64,000 nt of DNA from a virus. Lineage: Duplodnaviria > Heunggongvirae > Uroviricota > Caudoviricetes. The translations under genes and the position numbers were made by a program. Below are positions 57,865 to 64,000 of this stretch, piece after piece. Position 1 is the stretch's first letter. Every line of letters starts with the position of its first letter. The notes under the pieces were generated by a model that saw only the letters and a list, made by a program, of their open reading frames with translations, was not told the origin of the DNA and did no database searches. The stretch is taken from positions 55,240 to 119,239 of IMG/VR virus record IMGVR_UViG_3300033076_000726; one strand, written 5' to 3'.

Positions 57865-58199
57865 AACGAATAGCAACATTACCATATGATGAAATTGATT
57901 TTGTTTGGATATCCAATCATTACGATGTTCATCTATCTGGTTTGTGTAGAATGGGAAACACATTATTTTGGTTTGAAACTAAAATAGAAGGTGATTATGA
58001 AAAAATAACATGTGATATCTACATGTTATCGTTTTGGGAGGAAGTTAAATTCAGATTAAGAAAGTTTCTATTTGAACAAATGGTTGGTTATCATTGGTCT
58101 TATCCAAAAACAAAGAGTAAGGGTTTCTATTATAGGAAACCTGAGTGGTTATATAAAAGATTGTTTAAGTTGTACTATAAAATTAGAAAATTTCTATGA
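57861..58199 (+). CDS. hypothetical protein
   Basis: 112-aa ORF. Confidence 0.5.
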   Translation: MKRIATLPYDEIDFVWISNHYDVHLSGLCRMGNTLFWFETKIEGDYEKITCDIYMLSFWEEVKFRLRKFLFEQMVGYHWSYPKTKSKGFYYRKPEWLYKRLFKLYYKIRKFL

Positions 58200-58435
58200 C
58201 ACCATTTAAAAAAACGGTTGTATTTGCAATGTTGTTAATTGCATTTGTGACATTTGTAAAGTTGATTAGTTTGTTTACATCTGATAAACCCGCAAAGTAT
58301 ACAATATATGCCGCAGACAGAGTGTATCATTGTAACCAGTTTAATGTTACAGGAAGAACAATATATTTTAGAGATACAAATAAGAAAAATGTTTGTATCA
58401 ATGGAGACTATACATTGATTTACGAAAACAATTAG
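58196..58435 (+). CDS. small membrane protein
   Basis: N-terminal TM. Confidence 0.45.
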   Translation: MTPFKKTVVFAMLLIAFVTFVKLISLFTSDKPAKYTIYAADRVYHCNQFNVTGRTIYFRDTNKKNVCINGDYTLIYENN

Positions 58436-58437
58436 TG

Positions 58438-58593
58438 ATGATAAAAAGATTATTTGCAAAATTTATAGAGTTTAGATTCACAGACATTGTTAATGGTAAA
58501 CCGGTTAATCTTTATGAATGTAAAGATGGTACACGTTTTATGGCTCACTCTAAATGGGACTCGATATTTTTTCACGTTGATATAGAAAATTAA
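58438..58593 (+). CDS. small hypothetical protein
   Basis: ATG at 58438 (MIKRLFAKF...); the track start overlaps the upstream gene. Confidence 0.35.
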   Translation: MIKRLFAKFIEFRFTDIVNGKPVNLYECKDGTRFMAHSKWDSIFFHVDIEN

Positions 58594-58597
58594 AAAT

Positions 58598-58909
58598 ATG
58601 AAATTAGGAGAATTCATCAAACAATTTTCTCACAATAATATTGTGAGATTACATTACAAAATTAAAGGTGGACATCAATGTGTCTTAGAAAGTTGGGATG
58701 ATGTTTCGATGGACCACGAGATTGTGAATGGTAAAGGTAAGAATCGTCACTACATTAACAATGAGGTATTAGGTTTAGTAGGTATAAACTTTCGAAGTGG
58801 TGACACACATTACCCTGAAGCTATCAATATCGTAATTGAGGAATTGGAAAACCAACCATTGATTGAAGAAATAAAAGAAGAACAAATACAATACAGTGAA
58901 GCCATTTAA
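58598..58909 (+). CDS. hypothetical protein
   Basis: 103-aa ORF. Confidence 0.5.
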   Translation: MKLGEFIKQFSHNNIVRLHYKIKGGHQCVLESWDDVSMDHEIVNGKGKNRHYINNEVLGLVGINFRSGDTHYPEAINIVIEELENQPLIEEIKEEQIQYSEAI

Positions 58910-59396
58910 ATTTTTTCAGAAGGGGACACTCGATGACCCGCAGATGTTAAATGATTTAACTCAAGCAACCGCATCGTTTAATGAGGACACTCCTGGTGGT
59001 CATATGTATCGAAGAAGATTATATCACACAGACCGTGCCACATATGATAGATTGTATCGAGGTACACATATGGAGGCGGATAGATATTATTTTGACAGGG
59101 AGTTAGGACGTTTTGAAACTATTCAACCAACTCAATTAACCAGACAAAGAATCGAAGACCAAGAGCACCAAGAAAGATTGAGATTGATTAGAAGAATAAA
59201 TGGTGGAGAAAGAATTGTACCATTCTTCACCGGCACACCAATAGCAACAACAACAAATCCAAAATGGTGGATGAAGATAAAGATATTCTTTCAAGAACAG
59301 TTTTGGTTTAAAGACCCAGCAGGTGTAATTGCAATTGCCGGAGGATTAACAATATTTGTAATTCTAACGATAGCAAAAATATTAAGTGTGTGGTAA
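58896..59396 (+). CDS. MKPFKFFQ-family protein with C-terminal TM
   Basis: N-terminus MKPFKFFQKG; C-terminal AGVIAIAGGLTIFVILTIAKIL anchor. Confidence 0.55.
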   Translation: MKPFKFFQKGTLDDPQMLNDLTQATASFNEDTPGGHMYRRRLYHTDRATYDRLYRGTHMEADRYYFDRELGRFETIQPTQLTRQRIEDQEHQERLRLIRRINGGERIVPFFTGTPIATTTNPKWWMKIKIFFQEQFWFKDPAGVIAIAGGLTIFVILTIAKILSVW

Positions 59397-59692
59397 AAGA
59401 TTTTAAATTTTTTCAAGATAACAATCAGGATGAGATAACACCACACAATGGTGCATCGTGGATGTGGGGAAGACTTGAGAATCTTGACCAATACAATTAC
59501 GATATTGCATTAGATTATCATTTTGGTATTCATTCATTTCTAAATCAATTTCCTGATGGACATATTGCAATAATCTTATCAATTACCGGTCCTGATGGTT
59601 TTGTACATAGTATTGATAATGATGGAATTGGTTGGAGATTTGATATATTAGTGGATTTGATTGCAATTCAATGGATAAGATTTAGACCTTAA
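59390..59692 (+). CDS. MKPFKFFQ-family protein
   Basis: MVKDFKFFQDN N-terminus. Confidence 0.5.
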   Translation: MVKDFKFFQDNNQDEITPHNGASWMWGRLENLDQYNYDIALDYHFGIHSFLNQFPDGHIAIILSITGPDGFVHSIDNDGIGWRFDILVDLIAIQWIRFRP

Positions 59693-59695
59693 TAT

Positions 59696-59950
59696 ATGAA
59701 ACCATTTAAATTTTTTCAAAATAAACCCGAGAGAGTATTCACCGACTACATGGATAGGATGGATGATTATTTCTTGGGTGGAATAAGGGAAGAACCTACT
59801 CCCATCCCATACGAACAATATCAAGGTTGGGATGCACATCATAACAATCTCCCACCAGGTCAATGTCCATATGATATTGGAACAATAGAACGTGAACATT
59901 GGATGACGGGTTGGAGTAATAGGGAAAACTGGGAACAACAACCCCAATAG
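59696..59950 (+). CDS. MKPFKFFQ-family protein
   Basis: MKPFKFFQNKPE N-terminus. Confidence 0.5.
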   Translation: MKPFKFFQNKPERVFTDYMDRMDDYFLGGIREEPTPIPYEQYQGWDAHHNNLPPGQCPYDIGTIEREHWMTGWSNRENWEQQPQ

Positions 59951-59958
59951 TATAAAGA

Positions 59959-60696
59959 ATGGCAAAGATTGAAATAGATTATGAAAAGAAGTACGGATAT
60001 CTAAAGATAATTCGTGAAGTTCCGACACCTGAGGGTCAGAAGTACACGGGTAGGTTGATTTTGTGTAAATGTGATTGTGGGGTGGAGAAGGTAATCAAAC
60101 TTACTAATGTGGTAAATGGTGCAACAACATCTTGTGGTTGTCAGAAATTTAAAAATTCCAAGGAGAATGGATTAAAGAGTAGGAGAACATTTTTAAATGT
60201 TGGGGATGTATATGGTAGATTAAAGGTGAAAAGGGAGGTTGAGGGTATTAGATACAATAATCAAAAAAGGGACCATAGACAATATGAGTGTGAATGTACA
60301 TGTGGGAACATATGTGTGGTTCAGATGAGACATTTAACGGCGGGAAAGACCACATCATGTGGTTGTTATAGAATTGAGAGGAGTTTGGAGACAATTACAA
60401 AGCATGATATGCATAAGACTTCCGAGTATAAGGCTTGGCAATCATTAAAACAGAGATGTTATAATCCCAAGACCATACATTTTAAGGATTATGGTGGAAG
60501 AGGACTAACGGTATGTGATAGGTGGTTGGAATCATTTGAGAATTTTTTTGAGGATATGGGTTTCAAACCCACTCCGACGCATAGTATTGATAGGATTGAT
60601 AACCATAAATTGATTGACGCCTATTCCAAAGATAATTGTAGATGGGCAACAAAGAAGGAACAGGTTGATAATAGAAGGATAAACGAGTCCAAATAA
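59959..60696 (+). CDS. HNH (HNH_3-type) endonuclease with duplicated Cys-rich repeats
   Basis: Two repeats (LILCKCDCG...TSCGC and YECECTCG...TSCGC), then HSIDRIDNHK...DNCRWATKKEQVDNRR (HNH_3-like). Confidence 0.6.
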   Translation: MAKIEIDYEKKYGYLKIIREVPTPEGQKYTGRLILCKCDCGVEKVIKLTNVVNGATTSCGCQKFKNSKENGLKSRRTFLNVGDVYGRLKVKREVEGIRYNNQKRDHRQYECECTCGNICVVQMRHLTAGKTTSCGCYRIERSLETITKHDMHKTSEYKAWQSLKQRCYNPKTIHFKDYGGRGLTVCDRWLESFENFFEDMGFKPTPTHSIDRIDNHKLIDAYSKDNCRWATKKEQVDNRRINESK

Positions 60697-60719
60697 ATAC
60701 ATACGGTATTTAATGGTAT

Positions 60720-61040
60720 ATGGCCAAGAAGAAATTACAAAAGATTGTTAAGGAATGGAATGAATGTGGACCCAAAGAGGTGTTCGAAGGGGTAAGAGAT
60801 AACTTCATCTTTGGATTCTTGGGTGCGACCATTGTGGTATTCATATCCACCAGAACTGATATCATGGTTATATTGGGATATTTGGCATACTATTTCTTTA
60901 TGGGGAGGATTGTTAATCGTCCCAAATACGTCACCGACCTTGGTAGACTCATCGTATTCCCAATCCCATCGGCACTTGGTGCGTTCACTGGATATAAGTT
61001 ATCTTATATTATTCAGACGTACTTTATGAGTGTCCTATAA
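60720..61040 (+). CDS. small membrane protein
   Basis: 106 aa, 2-3 TM. Confidence 0.5.
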   Translation: MAKKKLQKIVKEWNECGPKEVFEGVRDNFIFGFLGATIVVFISTRTDIMVILGYLAYYFFMGRIVNRPKYVTDLGRLIVFPIPSALGAFTGYKLSYIIQTYFMSVL

Positions 61041-61300
61041 CCACATCTTCCTCTTCTTCTTTTACGAATACGTAGGATTGTACGGAGGGTAATCCACTAT
61101 ATTGACATAGACTATCGTCACCTACCAATAGTAATTCATCTTTATCGAAGTATACTCCATCACTATGCATGTCTGCTAACGGTCTATAAGATATTCCTTT
61201 CATGTGTTTATTTGTTTAGACCACAAAGTTAAACAATAGATTTGACATAAAAAAATTTAAATTATTTGGGATATATCGGAATATATTGTATATTTGGTAT

Positions 61301-61627
61301 ATGAAACCGTTTAAGTTCTTAAAGAATCCGATTGCAACCGCTCACGATGGTGGTTATATATACGCGGGGGAAACGTTCTATACAATGAATAAGGAGGAAT
61401 TTTCATCAATTACGGGGAGAATGATTCCCAAATATACTATTGTAAGAAGATATGTTGGAAAGAAGTTTGCAATCGTATTCAAACCTGACTATGATTCATT
61501 ATGGTATTTCCGTAGTGAACAGAACGCGGAATATCTAAGGGATATATGGGAAAGACAGGATAGAATGACAGAAGGCGGGGAGATATTCAACAATCAATCA
61601 GATATAACAATAACATTCAATAGATGA
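61301..61627 (+). CDS. MKPFKFFQ-family protein
   Basis: ATG at 61301 gives MKPFKFLKNP. Confidence 0.5.
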   Translation: MKPFKFLKNPIATAHDGGYIYAGETFYTMNKEEFSSITGRMIPKYTIVRRYVGKKFAIVFKPDYDSLWYFRSEQNAEYLRDIWERQDRMTEGGEIFNNQSDITITFNR

Positions 61628-61914
61628 AAAATACATTCAGAAAGACCATAAAGGATAATAGACTCGAAGAACTATCTGATAGAGTTAGAAGAGGTATACC
61701 TGTATCTATGGGAGAAGCCATGGAAGTAATAGAATACCAAGAACAACTAAGAAAGAATAAACTCTCTTTCACAGATAAGATTCTCAAATTCTTTAAGGTA
61801 AAGAATAATGTAGTAGAGAAAACATTAGGATGTATTCATGAACAAAGATATAGGGAATACTATAGAGAAGGATGTTATAAGTGTTGGGAATGTCATAAAG
61901 TTATTGTTGAGTAG
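61624..61914 (+). CDS. hypothetical protein
   Basis: 96-aa ORF. Confidence 0.45.
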   Translation: MKNTFRKTIKDNRLEELSDRVRRGIPVSMGEAMEVIEYQEQLRKNKLSFTDKILKFFKVKNNVVEKTLGCIHEQRYREYYREGCYKCWECHKVIVE

Positions 61915-61915
61915 T

Positions 61916-62248
61916 ATGAACATAGTAGACTTCATAGATGAACTAAGAAATACTGACAGGTATATTCATCACATCTACACAAAAGGAGGTTGTTATAAGT
62001 TTCACCTCCTACTAAGTAAGATGTATAAAGGTTGTATACCATATACGAATGGGAATCATATTATCACAAGGTATAAGGGAAAATATTATGACATATATGG
62101 TGAAGTGGATAATCAAGATGGATTCAGAAAACTATCTACTATGGAAAAACCACAGGTTGAGAAATGGTCCTTCCATATGAATAATCTTCTTGTACTAAAG
62201 GATTGTCCCCATTGTGATGAACCGATTATTATAGAGAACTTATCATGA
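61916..62248 (+). CDS. hypothetical protein
   Basis: Internal ATG avoids a 77-nt overlap with the upstream gene. Confidence 0.45.
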   Translation: MNIVDFIDELRNTDRYIHHIYTKGGCYKFHLLLSKMYKGCIPYTNGNHIITRYKGKYYDIYGEVDNQDGFRKLSTMEKPQVEKWSFHMNNLLVLKDCPHCDEPIIIENLS

Positions 62249-62694
62249 AAGTATATTATTGTTTTGAATGTGACTCTAAGGAAAATATACATCATCATCA
62301 TGTGATTCCACAGAGTAAAGGGGGAACTAAAACCATACCCTTATGTGAAGTTTGTCACGGTAAAGTACATGGGATTGATTTTACTAACCATGGAATATTG
62401 ACAAGAGAAGGATTGAAACGAGCCAAAGATAGAGGAGTTAAATTAGGTTCACCTCAGAATCTAACAAAGGTTGCCACATTAAAGGGTGTTGAATCTATTA
62501 AAAGGAATCGTATTGAGAATGAAAATTGGATATTCTGTAAGAACTTTATAGATGAATTTGTAAAGGTAAATGGATATCTAAATTATACCCAGATAAGTAA
62601 TCTCTTAAATGAACAAGGACATAAGACAAGACATAATAAGAAGTTTACTCCGAGTATAGTAAGAAGAGTACATCTAAATTTTAATACACCCTGA
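62245..62694 (+). CDS. HNH homing-endonuclease-like protein with resolvase-like DNA-binding tail
   Basis: YYCFECDSKENIHHHHVIPQSKGGTKTIPLCEVCHGKVHG (HNH core); C-terminal LKRAKDRGVKLGSP resembles the serine-recombinase C-terminal segment. Confidence 0.7.
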   Translation: MKVYYCFECDSKENIHHHHVIPQSKGGTKTIPLCEVCHGKVHGIDFTNHGILTREGLKRAKDRGVKLGSPQNLTKVATLKGVESIKRNRIENENWIFCKNFIDEFVKVNGYLNYTQISNLLNEQGHKTRHNKKFTPSIVRRVHLNFNTP

Positions 62695-62724
62695 AGGGAG
62701 GGAGTCGAAAGACTCCCGACCGAC
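62690..62724. repeat. left arm of long-range inverted repeat closing the GC-rich island
   Basis: cctgaaggga-[gggagtc-gaaa-gactccc hairpin]-cgaccgac; partners at 63355-63364 and 63333-63340. Confidence 0.6.
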
Positions 62725-63332
62725 AATACCGGTTCCAGAACCCCATAATAAAACCCCTCTAATATAGTCAGAATCCACACTATTTTCCCCCTAAAATTAG
62801 ACCGAATTTTTTCCTGTTTTTAGTACAAAAACCTGTACTTTTTTCTGACACTTTTATCGTGATCGAAAAATATATACTAAATTATCTTTTTTTATCTAAA
62901 ATTTGGGATACCAGTATTACAATCCACAAATTCCCACTTTTCCCCACGGGCTAGGAATGTATTACGGGATTGACCCTTGCGTGAATCACGACCCATTTTA
63001 TTTCCGGTACCAGAATATAACCATTTTAGTGTAATACGGACCTCCCTACACTTCGTTTCGGTCGGTCCTTCATCCCGTTTATATTATAGTATTATGTAAT
63101 ACATATTATACCATATAACGTGTCATACATTATAGGTCCTAACCCCCCTGAAGGGGACTCGACAGAGTCCCCGTAATTCTTGCCAGACAAATATGGGTAA
63201 TACACTATGGTCATAATATTGTGATATTGTCTGGCAACTGTACGGGATGAAGGGGGTCCGTTAGGACCCCCGTATAATGGGTTATATGTATTACATAGTT
63301 TACTGGATTAAGTCCACAAAAGAAGTGATTGA

Positions 63333-63364
63333 GTCGGTCGGACTCTACGAGTCCTCCCTTCAGG
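63333..63364. repeat. right arm of long-range inverted repeat
   Basis: gtcggtcg-[ggactc-tac-gagtcc]-tcccttcagg, reverse complement of the left-arm segments. Confidence 0.6.
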
Positions 63365-63705
63365 ATGGTAATACATCCCTGAATCTTAGAATAGTTATAT
63401 GGTTTTTAGAAAAACCCTTAGGGAATTTTCGACGGGGACTTAGAATAGTACAATATATACCCCTGTCATACAGTCCCACATGTATGGTGTAATACCCACG
63501 TTCCACGTGGAACCTTCACCACGGGATGAAGGGACGACCCGAAGGGGAGTCCCGTAATCAGTTAATCCAGTAAAGTTTGTGGACCTTCTTCCTCCCTAAG
63601 AACAAGGTAAGGAATATCTCTGACATGTACAAATAAGAAGGGTCCCCGTACAGCTAACATGAGCAACTGTAGGAGACCCCGAAGTCTTATTGGAAGTAGT
63701 ACTTA

Positions 63706-63888
63706 CTATCGACCTAACAATTCGTTACGGAATGAAACCGCTTTACGTTTGTTAGAGAAGTTCTTAGAGTACTTCTTACCGTTGATACTAACACGTACAC
63801 GGTATGATGAACCGTCGTGGTAGATGTTGTCAGATACAGGAACATAAGTGGTTACAGTCTGACGGCGTGTTGATGATTGTTTTTTCAT
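63706..63888 (-). CDS. AP2/Arm-like DNA-binding domain protein (short; possibly endonuclease-associated or a remnant)
   Basis: YRVRVSINGKKYSKNFSNKRKAVSFRNELL resembles AP2/integrase-arm DNA-binding domains; abuts the repeat island. Confidence 0.4.
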   Translation of the reverse strand: MKKQSSTRRQTVTTYVPVSDNIYHDGSSYRVRVSINGKKYSKNFSNKRKAVSFRNELLGR

Positions 63889-64000
63889 GTGTTTTATTAT
63901 TTTATACTAAAATATAGTAAATAATATCCACAATAAAAAATCTGCCGGCAAAATATTTTTACATGTCCCCTAATCCAGTAAACTTCGGAGTCCTGATCAC

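Larger units (their letters stand above)
62690..63364. other. GC-rich non-coding structured element (candidate large ncRNA or MITE-like insertion)
   Basis: 675 bp bounded by a 10-bp + 8-bp inverted-repeat pair with a symmetric hairpin at each end. Nested inner pairs: 63067-63077/63243-63253, 63181-63190/63227-63236, 63093-63106/63284-63297. Confidence 0.5.

Noticed and set aside
63190-63215. Resemblance of taatacactatgg to the T7 class III promoter
   Set aside because: It matches only if 5 nt are deleted. No phage RNAP gene is visible in the window, and the copies are clustered and not upstream of genes.
63277-63492. 71-aa plus-strand ORF inside the GC-rich island
   Set aside because: It starts and ends within hairpin or repeat sequence, has an odd composition and no start context. 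The region is better explained as structured or repetitive non-coding DNA.
62690-63705. tRNA genes or a group II intron in the GC-rich island
   Set aside because: No GTTCGAATC-type T-arm with a 7-bp acceptor pairing was found. No AGC-containing domain V-like 34-nt hairpin or GUGYG 5' end was found either. Group I cannot be excluded by eye.
1-64000. CRISPR array or long tandem repeats
   Set aside because: No regularly spaced direct repeats were seen. The only repeat-dense region is the dispersed or inverted repeat island at 62.7-63.7 kb.

Overview
This is an AT-rich (~30-33% GC), very gene-dense window (about 120 ORFs, more than 90% coding). Many adjacent ORFs overlap by ATGA or TAATG. The content looks like a large dsDNA phage (jumbo-phage-like) genome, not a cellular chromosome.

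Phage-type genes seen in the sequence:
- thymidylate synthase
- two C5-cytosine DNA methyltransferases and a DPPF amino-methyltransferase-like ORF
- two HNH endonucleases and an AP2-like ORF
- a peptidase-M15 endolysin with a peptidoglycan-binding domain, an NlpC/P60 peptidase and a 3D-domain protein
- a TARG1-like macro domain, an SPFH/band-7 protein, a 5'(3')-deoxyribonucleotidase, DUF192, and many small hypothetical ORFs

Several secreted proteins carry signal peptides ending in ...YGQ, which points to a Bacteroidetes/Flavobacteriia-type host.

Layout:
- 1-7.5 kb (+): a candidate modification cassette (2OG-oxygenase-like, radical SAM/SPASM, Cys-rich protein, TylF-type methyltransferase), then an OMP-like protein and a membrane protein.
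- 7.5-18.8 kb (-): a glycan-biosynthesis island (6-7 glycosyltransferases, SDR dehydratase/epimerase, DegT aminotransferase, four SAM methyltransferases).
- 19-62.7 kb (+): a long rightward block. It holds acidic candidate DNA-mimic proteins, thymidylate synthase, a paralogous family next to a C5 methyltransferase, HesB/IscA, a B12-binding radical SAM plus metallophosphoesterase, and a second glycan module (nucleotidyltransferase, FeoA-like, sulfotransferase, SGNH esterases). It ends with a cluster of small paralogs sharing the N-terminus MKPFKFFQ and the two HNH genes.
- 62.69-63.7 kb: a non-coding island about 1 kb long that is far more GC-rich than the rest. It contains nested long-range inverted repeats, GNRA-type hairpins and several dispersed short repeat families. 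This is the most unusual element in the window. It is a candidate large structured ncRNA or a nested MITE-like mobile element. A single 33-bp motif copy beyond the AP2-like ORF (63971-64000, window edge) shows the repeat family continues past 63705.

No rRNA, convincing tRNA or CRISPR array was seen.
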